Source of the DNA: Mobula hypostoma
Lineage: Eukaryota
Assembly (NCBI RefSeq): GCF_963921235.1
Contig: NC_086108.1
Span: forward strand, 62,498,001-62,562,000
Direction of reading: 5' to 3'
DNA length: 64,000 nucleotides
Shown here: piece after piece, positions 21,170 through 34,514 of the stretch
How positions within the stretch are numbered: position 1 is the stretch's first letter
Layout of the letters: the number at the start of each line of letters is the position of its first letter
The notes under the pieces: model-generated
What the model was told of the DNA's origin: nothing
Databases searched by the model: none
What the model saw: the letters and a program-made list of their open reading frames with translations, nothing else
Made by a program: the position numbers and the translations under genes

Positions 21170-23850
21170 ACAATGATTTCCAATGGGGGCGGTTACATAT
21201 CCTGAGCGGGCGGTAGGGAAATAGAAGTTGTTGGGGGGCATTCAAGATTCTTGAGGGGGTGGCAGTAAGCTCCTGACTGACAGAGACATGACTGACCATG
21301 TCAACTCACTGCCATCCTCAACATTGATAGGCATTCCCAGTCTGTGTTAACTTTTTATTTTAATTTAGCCCTGTTACTGATAGGTAAAGATGTAAGGCAC
21401 AGTCCCTGTAAGTCTGAAGGTGGTGAAACCTCAAATTCTAATCCTGCTAAGAAACAAAAACTATGGAAAGTGTGTCAATACAATGTCACATACCTGGAGT
21501 ATAGTTTTATTCCATTCCCGTCAGATCAGCGATGCCCCATGTATCTTATCTGTAATACTGTACTGTCTACTGAAGTCATGAAACCATCAATATTGCAGGA
21601 ACCCTTCTGTAAAAGACACCCTGAAAAGGCTACTTATGATATTGCTCAGTTCCAGGAGATGAAAGAAGCATTTGAAAAACATTGCACACGCGAGTCTTTT
21701 GCCTAGAAAGCTAAAAGTGACTTTGATAGTTGTCTCATAGCTTCTATAACATTCCCAAAATGATAGCAAAGTGTGGAAAATGTCATACAACTGGTAAAAG
21801 ATTAAGTATGCCTGCTGTATCAAGTGGTCACCACTGTTCTTAAAATGGACACCAGTATTTAAAGATCAATTCCACTGAGTAATAACTCTACAGTTCGTAA
21901 TATTGATGAAATCAGTGAAAACATGGAATATCAACAATGCACAGAGCTACAAAAAACAGAATTTGGGATACAACTGGATGAGTCAACTGTGCAAGATGAG
22001 GCATTGCTAATGACATATTTACGGTTAATCAAAAATTGAAAAGTTTATAAAGAGATTCTCTTTTGCAAAAAGTTAAAAACAAATATCAATAGAGAATCAA
22101 TCTATGATGAGCTCAAAATGTACATTCAGTATAAAAGTATTCCAATTAAGAACATGAGTTCCTGTGCAATAGGTGGATGCCCATATACAGTGCCTATAAA
22201 AAGCATTCACTGCCCCCCCCGAGGTTTTCATTTTTATTGTTTTACAACATTGAATCACAGTGGATTTAATTTGGCTTTTTTGTGACTGATCAACAGAAAA
22301 ATACTCTTTTGTGTAAAAGTGAAAGCAGATCTCTACAAAGTGATCTAAATTAATTACAAATATGAAACACAAAATAATTGATTGTATAAGTATTCACCCC
22401 CTTTAATATCATCACTGGTGCAGCCAATTGGCTTTACAAGTCACATAAATAGTTAAATGGAATTCACCTGTGTGCAGTCAAGATGTTTCAATTGATTGTA
22501 GTAAAAATACACCTGTATCTGGAAGGTCCAACAGCTAGTGAGTCAATATCTTGGCAAAAACTATACAATGAAGGTAAAAGAACACTTGAAACAACTCTGT
22601 GACAAGGTTATTGGAAAGCACAAGTCAGGAGATGGATACAAGAAAATTCTGAAGTCACTGAATATCCCTTGGAGTACAGACAAGTCAATCATCAAGAAAT
22701 GGAGGAAATATGACACAGCTGTAGGTCTGTCCACAAAAATTGAGTGACCATGTAAATAGGGGACTAATGTGGGAGGTCACCAAGAGACCTATGACAACCG
22801 TGGAGGAGTTACAAGCTCCAGTGGCTGAGATGGGAGAGACTGTGTGTACAACAACTGTTGTCCAGGTGCTTCACCAGTTGCAGTTTTATGGGATAGTGGT
22901 AAAGAGAAAGCCACTGTTGAAAAACTCGCATGAAATCTCAGCTAGAGTTTGCCAGAAGGCATGTGGGAGACTCTAAAATCAACTGGAAGTAAGTTCTATG
23001 GTCTGATAAACCCAAAATTGAGCTTTTTGGCCATCAGACTAAATGCTATATTTGGCATAAGCCAAACACTGCACATCATCAAAATCACACCTTCCCTACC
23101 GTAAAGCATGGTGGTGGCTGCATCATGCTGTGGGTGTCAGGATATTTCACTGCAGCAGGCCCTGGAAGGCTTGTGAAGGTGGAGGGTAAAATGAATGTAG
23201 CAAAACACAGAGAAATCTTGGAGGAAAACATGATGCAGTCTGCAAGAGAACTGTGACTTGGGAAAAGATTTGTTTTCCAGCAAGACAATGACCCAGAGCA
23301 TAAAGCTAAGGCTACACAGACAGGGTTTGAAAACAACAACAAAGTTAGTGTCTTGGAGTGGCCAAGTCAAGAGTCCAGACCTCAACCCAAATGAGAATTT
23401 GTTGCTGGTCTTGAAAAGTGATGCTCATTCATGATCCCCATACAATTTGACAGAGCTTGAGCAGTTTTGTAAAGAAGAATGAGGGGAAAAATTGTAGTTT
23501 CCAGATATGCAAAGCTGATATAGACCTATCCACACAGACTCGGGCTGTAATTGCTGCCAAAGGTGCATCTACTAAATACTGACTTGAAGGGGGTGAGTAA
23601 TTATGCAATTAATTATTGTGTTTTATATTTGCAATTATTGTGTTTTATATTTGCAGAGATCTGTTTTCACTTTGACACGAGAGCGTCTTTTCTGTTTGTT
23701 CTGTGTCAAACAAGCCAAATTAAATCCAATCTGTTTCAATGTTGTAAAACAATGAAACATAAAAACTTCCAAAGGGTGGGGGGTGAATACCTTTTAAAGG
23801 CACTGTATGACTGGTCATCATGCTGGTTTAGTGACATTTATGTTTAGTGC
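21170..23850 (+). mobile_element. Decayed hAT (Buster/Charlie-like) transposon, interrupted by Tc1 and truncated by CR1
   Basis: TIR-like caatgatttccaa. BED-finger-like QYNVTYLEYSF...LICNTVLSTEVMKPS...KRHP, then PLSNN and FGIQLDEST. SCAIGGCP|MTGHHAGLV continues across the Tc1 insertion. Confidence 0.85.
22188..23805 (+). mobile_element. Full-length (1618 bp) Tc1-like IR/DR transposon with inactivated DD34E transposase
   Basis: TA TSD at 22186-87 and 23806-07, CAGTGCCT...AGGCACTG ends, ~215-bp inverted repeats. Disrupted ORF 22568-23583 with HKSGDGYKKI, WSD, KHGGGCIM, FQQDNDPEH and SPDLNPNENL. Confidence 0.95.
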
Positions 23851-24455
23851 CACTCTCAGTACCCTCTGAGTGAAGAAATTTCTTCCCCTTAAACTTTTCA
23901 CCTTTCACACTTGATCCTCCCAACCTCAGTGGAAAAAGCCTGGTTGCATTTACCCTATTTATACCCCTCATAATTTCATATACTTCCATCAAATCTCCCT
24001 TCAGTCTTCTATGGTCCAAGGAATAAAGTCCAAACCTATTCAATCTTTCTTTATAGCTCAGGTCCTCCAGTCCCGGCAAAATCCTTGTAAATGTTCCCTG
24101 TACTCTTTCAACCTTGTTTACATCTTTCCTGTAGGTAGGTGACCAAAAGTGCACAAAATACTCCAAAGTAGGCAAAACCAATGTCTTGTACAAGTTCAAT
24201 ATAACATCCCATCTCCTGTGCTCAACACTTTGATTTATGAAGGCCAATGTGCTAAAAGCTTTCTTTACAACCCTGCCTACTTGTGCCACCACTTTCAATA
24301 CATTATGGATCTATATTCCCAGATCCCTTTGTTCTACCGCACTCCTCAGTGGCTTATCGTTCACTGTGTAAGACCTACCCTGGTTGGTTGCACTGAAGTG
24401 CAACACCTTGCACTTGTCTGCATTAAATTCCATCTGCCATTTTGCAGCCCATTTA
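23850..24455 (-). mobile_element. CR1 RT C-terminal fragment
   Basis: ORF 23828..24298 VVKKAF...LYKTLVLPTLEYFVHFWSP...LSYKERL. Confidence 0.9.
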
Positions 24456-24514
24456 CCCAGGAGCCTCCGAAACTGTGCCTTTCCTCATTCTCCTGCCTAT
24501 ATTTGCCAGTACTT

Positions 24515-25045
24515 CAAAGTTGCTGGTGAACGCAGCAGGCCAGGCAGCATCTCTAGGAAGAGGTACAGTCGACGTTTTGGGCCAAGACCCTTCATCAGGA
24601 CTAACCGAAGGAAGAGCTGGTAAGAGATTTGAAAGGGGGAGGGGGAGATCCAAAATGATAGGAGAAGACAGGAGGGGGAGGGATGGAGGCAAGAGCTGGA
24701 CAGTTGATTGGCAAAAGGGATATGAGAGGATCATATCCCCCCTCCCCCTTTTCTTTCTCCCTGGTCCTCCTGTCCCATGATCCTCTCATACTCCTTTTGC
24801 CAATCAACTGTCCAGCTCTTGGCTCTATCCTTCCCCCTCCTGTCTTCTCCTATCATTTTGGATCTCCCCCTCCCCCTCTCACTTTCAAATCACTTACTAG
24901 CTCTTCTTTCAGTTAGTCCTGATGAAGGGTCTCGGCCCGAAACGTCGACTGTACCTCTTCCTAGAGATGCTGCCTGGCCTGCTGTGTTCACCAGCAACTT
25001 TGATGTGTGTTGCTTGAATTTCCAGCATCTGCAGAATTCCTCGTG
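24515..25045. mobile_element. Inverted-repeat (Penelope-like pLTR) insertion with 13-bp TSD
   Basis: TSD tttgccagtactt at 24502-24514 and 25046-25058. Arms 24515-24734 and ~24777-25001 are reverse complements; the right arm has ~44 extra terminal nt. Confidence 0.8.
24915..24950 (+). ncRNA. Minimal type I hammerhead ribozyme motif
   Basis: AGTC-CTGATGA-AGGGTCTCGGCCC-GAAA-CG-TC|GACT. Predicted cleavage after 24946. Confidence 0.7.
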
Positions 25046-25249
25046 TTTGCCAGTACTTGCTCAGTGTTAGCAGTCATTTTGCTTAGAAATGCTGCTCGTC
25101 CCTCAAACTGCTGCTGTGGTCACCAATTCCTCAAAGAACAATTTTGGGTTCTTTACATGCAGGGTCTTTCTCTTTTTCTCCACAAAAGGTCTGCCTTTTA
25201 CTCACTTGGAACCAATTTGTAATGTATATGTGTATGCTTATTCTAATCG

Positions 25250-26761
25250 CAAGGGATATCTGAACTATCTTTCAAGAGGGTGAGTTCTTGCAAATCGTCA
25301 GGCTCTGATAGTGCACCTGGCAGGCCATTGGAAACCTGCACCAAACCATTAGCTGGAGTGTTCAAGGACATCTTCAATCTGTTGGTGCTGCTGTCAGAAG
25401 TTCCCACCTGCTTCACAAGGGCAACAATCATACCAGGCAATTTACCCAAGAAGGGAAGTATAAGTTGCTTCCATGACTATTACCCAGTAGCAGTCTTATC
25501 TACTATGATGAAGTGGTTTGAGAAGTTGATCATGGATAGAATTAACTCCTGCCTAAGGAAGGACCTGGACCCACTACAATTTGCCTACAGCATAATAGGT
25601 CTGCAGTGGATGCGATCTCACTGGCTCTCCACACAGCTGTAGACCACCTAGACAAAAGCTATATTTATGTCAGGCTGCTGTTTATTGATTGTAGCTCGGT
25701 GATAATCACCATCATCCCTCAGTATTATTCAACAAGCTCCAAAGCGTGGGTCTCTGTACCTCCCTCTGCAACTGGATCCTTGACTTCCTCATCAGGAGAC
25801 CACAGTCAGTGTGGATCAGAAATAACCTATCCTCCTTACTGACAATCAACACTGGCATACCTCTAGGATGCATGCTTAGCCCACTGCCCTTTTCTCTCTA
25901 CACACCCATCTGTGTCGCTATGCACAGCTCAAATGCCATCTATATATTTGCCAATGACACCAACTATTGTTGGCAGAATTTCAGATGGAAAAGAGGTATA
26001 CAGGAGTGAGATAGTTGGTTCAGCGGTGTCACAGCAATAACCTTGTCAGTAAGATCGAGGAATTGATTGTGGACTTCAGGAAGGGGAGGTCAAGGCAACA
26101 CACACCCTCCCTCATCAAGGGTCAGAACTGGAAAAGGTGAGCGGCTTCAAGTTTCTTGGTGCCATCATCTCTGAAGATCTATCCTTGGCCCAATATATTG
26201 ATGCAATTATGAAGAAGTCATGCCAGCAGCTGTATTCCATTAGGAGTTTGAGGAGATTTGGTATGTTACCAAAGACTTTAACAAATTTCTACAGGTGTAC
26301 TGTGGAGAGCATTCTAACTGGTTGCCATCTAGTTTGGAAATGCTATTGCATAGGATCAGAAAAAGTTGTAGAGGGTTGTAAACTCAGCCAGTTTAATCAT
26401 GGGTACTAGTCTCTCTCTCCCCCCGCCCCCCCCCACACTGAGAACTTCAAAAGGTGATGCTTCCAGAAGGCGGTATCCATTATTAAGGACCCTCCCCATC
26501 CATGACATGCCCTCTTTTCATTATTTCCAGCAGGGACGAGGCATAGGAGCTTAAAAATACACACTTAATATTTACAAACAGCTTCTTCCCCTCCACCACC
26601 CAATTTCTGAATGGTTTATGAACCCATGTACACAATTTTGTTTTCATTTTACATTATTTTTTATATTTAGTATTGTAAATTATAGTAGATTTTTGTGTAT
26701 TTTACTGCTGCATAACAACAAACTTCATGACATATTTCAATGATAGTAAACGTATTTCTGA
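25250..26761 (+). mobile_element. Rex1/Babar-like LINE RT and 3' end, decayed
   Basis: LAGVFKDIFNL...[31 protein letters not shown]...GCMLSP, FYRCTVESILTGC. Confidence 0.9.
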
Positions 26762-26940
26762 TTTTTCTCTCCCCACCTTTTAAATCTGCTCGTCTTTTTT
26801 TCCTCATGCCCTGCTGAAGGGTCTTGGCCTGAAACGTCAACGGTACTCTCTTCCATAGATGCTGCCTGGCCTGCTGAGTTCCTCCAGCATTTTGTGTCTT
26901 ACTTGGACTTCCAGCATCTGCAGATTTTCTCTTGTTTGTG
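26762..26940 (+). mobile_element. Single Penelope-like terminal arm with degenerate hammerhead motif
   Basis: cctgctgaagggtcttggcctgaaacgtcaac...gatgctgcctggcctgctgagttcctccagca...ccagcatctgcagattt. Confidence 0.7.
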
Positions 26941-29900
26941 ATCTGACGATTCTGTTTCTGATTCTATAATGAATAACTCAGCAACAAAGAGAACGGCTAA
27001 TACATGTTCACCTTATTTATTCGATCTCTTCACTTACCCTGAGCATGTGCAAATACACCATGGACACTTTGACAAATGTTACGGAAGGTCAACAGCTAAA
27101 GAAGGTCCATGTCTTCACCTCAATTTCTTTTCAGTTTTTTTCATTGCTACTTCGGGCTCACAAGGCTGGAGTAAAGTAAAATACTTTCCCAACTGGAGTT
27201 AATTTCAAGTAACGCAATGAGGAAAAACTACTGTTAGTAAAATGTTTACAAACTGTGTGAGTGTTCAGAAAGAGGCAACAAAGCTCTTTACTTCACATTT
27301 GCTTTTCTAATGATTTGCTGCTGTTAGCACTTTACTGTTGTGAATAAGCAAGCCCATTTTTGCTGAATCAGGTATTAACCTCATAAAGAAAACCACCTCC
27401 ATGACCACTATCTTTATTTCTTTTCCAGTACTTGCAATTTTATTCTTTCCAGCTGTACCTCCTGTACAAAACACATTTGTTTCTAATTACCTATGCTTAT
27501 TTCTTGCTGGTACATTTTTATTCTCATCTAGGCAAGGAATTTTTATAAGGAAGGCAGAACACTCTCCTGCTTGTGACTCCGAATATCAGCATCAGATGAT
27601 CAGTCTTCAAGTTTTTGTGCAAGTTAGACATAAAGTAATGTTTCCTCTGTGCTGCATTGACAATTGCTCAGTCACACAGAGGAGCTCTGCTAGTGGCCCC
27701 AGTATGTCATCTCCTGTCCTCTGCATCAGACATTCCAAAGGCATCAATGGTCCAGGTTACAAATTTAGTGTCAGTATCAGCAGAGCTGTTGACAATTTAA
27801 TGCTATCAATGTACCTCAGTTTACAAACTGGATAGACACAAGTTGCTGAAGGCAATGAAATTAGTATCAGTCTAATAATAAGTTTATAAGCATGTTCATA
27901 GACATAAACTCAGTGGAAAGAAGCTCCCACTGAGCATGTACTGACAACTAACCATTTATTTGCACTAATTCTAGATTAATCCCATTTTACCCTTTCAGTT
28001 CTGATGTTTTGTTTCAGTTCAGTTCTTCCATTGTTGCCAGTTTATTACAACAGAATATTCACCTTCACGGCTTGGCGCAATGCAGTGTAGTACTTCTCGT
28101 ACAAACATGTTATTTACATTATCAAATTTGACTGCCATTTTGTTAGCAGTTTTCTTTACCCTCCCAGTGGTAGATAGTTTCTGCAATGTGACAAAAAATG
28201 TATTGTGAATTTGCTTATTGGTCTGCTAAAAAGGCCATGGAATGAAATGTCAGCCCTTGTTTGGGTAACCTGCAACATCTATCAAGAAATTGATGATAAC
28301 AGATTAATTCTGATGAAAACAATTGGTTTGAAACATAAACTGTTTCCATCTCTACAAATGCTGCCTGACCTGCTGAGTATTTCCAGAACTTTCTATTCTG
28401 AGCAGCAGCTGTAGATTTTTGATTTTCAAACAAAAAAAATAGGTTGTGTGTTTTACACTGAATCATATGCAAAAGCTTTGTTGGCCTTGTTCCCAACAGC
28501 TGCTTCCTGCAGAGATCACAGCTGTCACATCATTGCCACATGGTCTGCTGGGAAATTAATCAGACCTCAAAGAACACTCTCCTTGGCAGCCACAGCACAG
28601 CAGCATAAATTGCTGTCATGGTAATTTGGTAAAAAGAGAAGAGGATGGCCTTGGGGTTGGGTGGGACTGGGAGCACAGCACTCTGCTGCATATGTGAGCA
28701 CCCTCCATGCAGTGGTCTAGTCTGATCTGCCCTTGTGACCCCACGATACTGCAATTCACAGGTTCTTCAGGAGGTTAGTGTTTGCAGCAGTATGCATTGA
28801 GTGTGTGTGACATAAAAATGCCAAGATCTTTACCTGAGAAACTTACGGACTCAAATGAGCACAAATTAATAGCTTGACAGAGACTCTAGAAAAGCATTGA
28901 TGTTTATGTTGACTACAAAACAACAGTAGACACCCACACTTTAACAGCCATTTTTTGGTCAGTAACTGGTGGAATGGCCAACACCACACCAGATAATGTA
29001 ATTAAATGTGTACCTGACATCATGAAAATATCAGATAGGCCAAGGTGATCCATGCTGAGGCAGCAACCAATCCACAAATAAGTGCTTGCACTAGATATCA
29101 CCTGCAAGGAGTATATAGATGCAAGTTAGAAGCTGGTTTTGTTCCTAATGGAATAACAAGGCCAAACGATGACACCAATAAAAATTTTATTAAAACTTAA
29201 TCTAAAATAATGGGATCAATTGTGATCTTTTATTTATAGAGGTGGTAGAATGTGGTTTAACTTGTTTTCACATCAAAAGGAAACAATTACTACTTGAATG
29301 AAAATAGATTTAATGTAGATGTGGCTTTAATGCACTACTGCATGTGTTAAATATGTGGAGGTACTGAACATATAAAGCAATATATATGTCTAAAGCATCA
29401 TCGTTGGTTCTCTCCGGCATTTCTTTGCACAAAATAATTCATTTCTGTCTTTCATTTAGTTTACTGTAAACAGACTTGTAGGGAATGCCAAATTTTAAAA
29501 CTGTAATCTGCTTAAATCAATTTTGCTTTGTGCTGTGCTATTAAACTTCCACTAAAGATAAATTTAAAACACAAAGCTCCCAGGCTATTTTGGCCTGAAG
29601 GGTGTATGGAGTGTTTTTGTGCATTTTATTAACATTGTGGAAAATATTGCAACAAATAATTGTTTTATGCTGTGGCATAGTTTTTCTTTCTCTCTCTCCA
29701 AATATATTTTGCTACAAAGGCTTGCCTCTGAAGTTACAACAGATGTTTTCAGAAATGATTTTTTTTCCCCTCTCTCTGGGCACTTTTTGCTGAGGTTTTT
29801 CATTGAGGACAAATCACATTTGAAACAGATCATATTCCATGAAAATGTGCTTTGCTTTAGTTACATTTGAACCAGAAGATGACATATTTTAAAATATCAT

Positions 29901-30889
29901 TATTTTTAATTTGTATCAGGATCTCTGGTTTTTAACAGCTTCATGCCATTAAATTCTTGCTTCTTTTCATCCTAGGAGATGACATTCTAAGGGCCTTGCT
30001 GCTTCTTTGCAGCAAAGACATAATATTGATTTCTTTTAATGCCACAAAGTAACTTGATCATTAGTGCAGTCAATTGATTGAGATGTACCTGAAAATGATT
30101 AATGGATGATTTGGATTTTGAAGAATAAATGGGGGGCAATTAGAAGAAAATAATTTGTTCCATCAATTTGGATTACAATGTAAAAAGGGAATTTGGAGCA
30201 GTTTATTTTTTATCTGAACCCTGAGTTGAGATTACATTGTCCTGTAATCATTCCCTCCTAACATCTGTCTTTTGGAAATAGTTAAGTCTGTGATGAGTGA
30301 CAGTGACTGAACACTGACGGTTTTCAGAGAGAATCATAGATTTGTAGAGCACAGTAAAGGGGGTAACACTGAAGGATTGATTTTTTTTCAAGAACCAATG
30401 GTGAGCAAAGGAGCTCTTGTGACTTAACTAATGGAGTGGCTGTTGAGCAAAAGGAAGTGAGCATGGAGAATAGACAGGTTGATAGAATATTACCAGACAT
30501 GAAAGTTGGAACCGCAAACATTTGTATCAGAACTTCAACCCTTCATCTTATTTATAAATGACTGAATTAATGAACTCAACGATAAGTTCAAAAGGATATA
30601 TGTGGATCTTCACGTGACAAATTGGCAGCTCTGGTGACTTTTATCAAGTTAGCACTGTGGCAGAAGCTTAATTGAATACTTTCAATCATGTTCCACTGTT
30701 ATCAATTGATGACATTAATTTTCAAGCAAGAATTCTTTGTGAACATTGCATGGGGAATTGAAATATAATGCACTGAGAGAGATCATTAATCAATAGATAG
30801 TGGTCCAACTTCAAACAATCCAGCTTTATTAATGTTAGGCTGCAAGTTGAAAGCCCCTCCACTGCCTCAACTTCTCAAAGATCCAGTGC

Positions 30890-31430
30890 TGTCACAAGCT
30901 CAGTTCTTCTGATCATCTCTTCAACTCTCCATCTTATTCCCAATTCATTGTCACATCCCTTACTCCTGATTATATTCCAGATTCCCAGTCACATGCCATC
31001 TCTTAGTTACAACACCAACTTCTGATTTTATTCCTAGCTCTTAGTCATATCCCCCAATCTTGATCATGTCCCACTTCCCAATCGGATCCTTGACTCCAAA
31101 TTGAATCTCTGACTGTTGATCTCAACTCCAATTGCTGATCTCATCTTTAATTCACAAGCATATCCTCCATTCTCAGTTACATCTTGGCTCATAATTACAC
31201 TGTGACTTCTGGCTCCTAAACTCTGGATCTACCCCATACTCTTGATATTACCCAATTCCTGATCAAGCCCTGATTTAAGGGCACATATGCAACTCCCAAT
31301 CTCGTCCTTGACCCCCAATCACATCCTGACTTTCAATCTCTGCTCTGGGTTCCCTGTACCTCCACAGCTCCCAATCTCACCCTGACTTCCAATCACACTT
31401 GTTCTCCCAGTGAACTGACACTGACTCTTT
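30890..31430. repeat. Strand-skewed, C/T-rich degenerate low-complexity tract
   Basis: Recurrent cccaatc / tcacatcc / ctgact words and very few G on plus. Confidence 0.55.
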
Positions 31431-33855
31431 CTTTCTATCCATTGTGGAGTCTGTCTGGGCAGCCTTGGACATGGGTGGACTATGAATTATTAGAAGATCT
31501 TTGTGGTAGGGTTATGAACCTTACTAAAACAGAAAATGGTAGAATTCTAGACCTCTCTTTGATAAATGGCCACAATTGTCGGTTGACTCTGGACAGCAAA
31601 TCTAGTATTTGTCCAATTTTGTTCAAACATCTGATTATACGCGGATAAGGCAGGTCACCAATCACCCAGGATCTCACTGAACAGTGCAACAGTCTGTGGG
31701 GGTAAATAATCAACTCCAGTTCCTTTGTTTTCCCTGTTCTAATGTTTATACAGCCATCTTTATCTTGTAAAGTTGTGTGGGTAATTTTGACTCGGAGCTG
31801 GTTTCCAGTGATTTAATTTCCTATCTGCTGGTGATAGCAGGACGATTACAGTGACTTTTATCCAATTGTTTAAAGATGCTGGTCCACCACCTGCCCTGAA
31901 TGAGTCACAGGTCAGTGATGAGGAAGCAAAAAGGTAGTGCTGGTTATCTGCTGGCTGCCAGATAGGTGGTGGGATAGAATTACAGTCACTTTACTGGGAT
32001 TACTGGGTACAGTGAGAGGATGGAGTTCATGGCCTTCCTTTTTGGCTCCTCAAGATCTTGTATTGGTTTCTATAACATTTCTACTCCTGCTGGTCTGCCC
32101 CTGCCCTGAGGATAGACTGCTTCCTTTCTTGGTCTAGATACCAAAGCCACTGATATTCTGTTGACTTCCTGAAATCCAGATCAAGTTCACTCAGGTCCTG
32201 ACTGCTTCAGTAGACAGCTCTCCAACCTGCAAAGTTCTAGAGGTTTACAGCTGGACAAGTTCAAGATCTATGTGATAAGCAATTTGCTCCATTTCAATTC
32301 CTGCGGAACTGGGGATATCCCAGGTGCATCAATGTCAAGCCTACCTTGCAGTTGCAATGTTATGTAATTTGCTGACAAATAACTGCCAAATGTCCTGATC
32401 TTCTTGAGCTCATGCCAGTAACCTCCACATTGAAAGAACACTGAAAGTTTGCAGTGTTACAATGCAAGAGCGCTTAATTTAATTAGCTAAACATGCTGTG
32501 ACTGAAAAGCTTCACCACATTAGAATGAGGGCATTTAACTAGGAAGGATTGTTACCCACCAACTGTTAGCCTCAGCCCACAAGCGACACTCTGTTCATCC
32601 ATTCCTAAACCTTATCAAAGTCTGTGTCAAAGTGGCAATGTAGAACACAGTCAGATCAGTAGCATTTTCAGACAGGATACATGCTCAATTTCTTCACAAC
32701 ACTGGGCTCCCAGTGTTAGCTTTACTCTTGTGGGAAGGAAATTCAACAGGAAACAAAAAGCAGAAGGAAAATTGTTCTTGGATACCAACCACAGACATTC
32801 TTCTGATTGGTTCATTGAAAAGAATAAATTTTCCCTACCCATTTGGATGAGGAATTGATCTAAACGAGGTGCAAACATTTCAGTAAATTTTGGTATTTAT
32901 AAATAAAGATAGGACCTTAGATATAAGAAACCAAATTGTAATGATAGAATGTCTCACCCAAGAATCTACAGAATTATCAACATGTTCACTTCTGAAATCT
33001 CCTCCGTTAATCTTCTATTGATCATTTTTATAGAAAAAGTGATATAAAAATATCAGCACCAATTTTTGCTAGTATATTACCATTAATCATTAGAAAAAAA
33101 GTCTCTAATTTTTGAGTTATAAAATTGAAACCATGTTAAAATTTACTGGGTGTAATGCTTCAATGGAAATAATTATGTTAAATTACACATTGCAATGGAA
33201 AAATGTATTGGTGCTGATGAATTATCCTAATTTGCCTCTAAATATCTTTCTAATAGCATACAGCTTAACGTCCCTTAAATCTTAAAACAAAGGACAGATT
33301 GAACTGAAAAAAATCTGAAAAATCAATCTGCAAATTCTGTTTAAAAACATGCATCTTCTGCAAAATAAATTGGATTTACAAATATTCCTTCAAAACACTT
33401 TGATACTAAGTTACAAAACTATTGGAAATTGAAATGTACAGTTCCATAATAGCTAATTTGAAACAGTAATGTTCTCTGAATTTTAATTAGTTGACCGAGG
33501 ATTTCTAACACCCAGCTGTTAAAGGAAGCTGTGGATTTTGGTTCTCCAGGTTTTGGTTTAGGTTTTGACTAGGTATAGCTCAAATACCATCTATAAATTT
33601 GCTGATCCTACCATTGTTAGTAGAATCTCAGATGGAGAAGAGAGTGAGATATACCAGTTAGTTAAGTGGTGCCATAGCAACAATCTTGCGTTCAATATCA
33701 GTAAGACGGAAAAACTGATTGTGAACTTCAAGAAGGGTAAGATGAGGGAAAATGAAGCAATCCTCATAGAGGGATCAGATGTGGAGAGAGAGAGAGAGCA
33801 ATTTCAAGTCCTTGAATGTCAGATCTCTGAGGATCTAACCTGGTCCCAACATGTT

Positions 33856-34514
33856 AACCATATAACCATATAACAATTACAGCACGGAAACAGGCCATCT
33901 CAGCCCTTCTAGTCCGTTCCGAACTTTTACCCAATCCTATTCCCACTGACTTGCGCTCAGCCCATAACCCTCCATTCCTTTCCTGTCCATATATCTATCC
34001 AATTTAACTTTAAACAACAACATAGAACCTGCCTCAACCACTTCTGCTGGAAGCTCATTCCACACAGCTACCACTCTCTGAGTAAAGAAGTTCCCCCTCA
34101 TGTTACCCCTAAACTTTTGTCCTCTAATTCTCAACCCGTGCCTTCTTGTTTGAATCTTTCCCCACTCTCAATGGAACAACTCTAACCATGTCAACTCTAT
34201 CAATCCCCCTCATAATTTTAAACACCTCTATCAAGTCTCCCCGCAACCTTCTATGCTCCAAAGAATAAAGTCCTAACTTGTTCAACCTTTCTCTGTAACT
34301 TAGGAGATGAAACCAAGGTAACATTTTAGTAAACCTCCTCTGTACTCTCTCAATTTTATTGACATCCTTCCTATAATTCAGTGACCAGAACTGTACACAA
34401 TACTCCAGATTTGGCCTTACCAATATCTTGTACAAATTCAACATTACATCCCAACTCCTATACTCAATGCTCTGATAAATAAAGGCCAGCAAACCAAAAG
34501 CTTTCTTCACCACC
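33856..34514 (-). mobile_element. CR1 3' fragment
   Basis: VVKKAFGLLAFI...RPNLEYCVQFWS...FFTQRVVAVWNELP. (GGTTATAT) tail. Confidence 0.92.

Noticed and set aside
27401..27835. 144-aa ORF in non-repetitive DNA
   Set aside because: No recognisable domain, and composition is consistent with a chance ORF.
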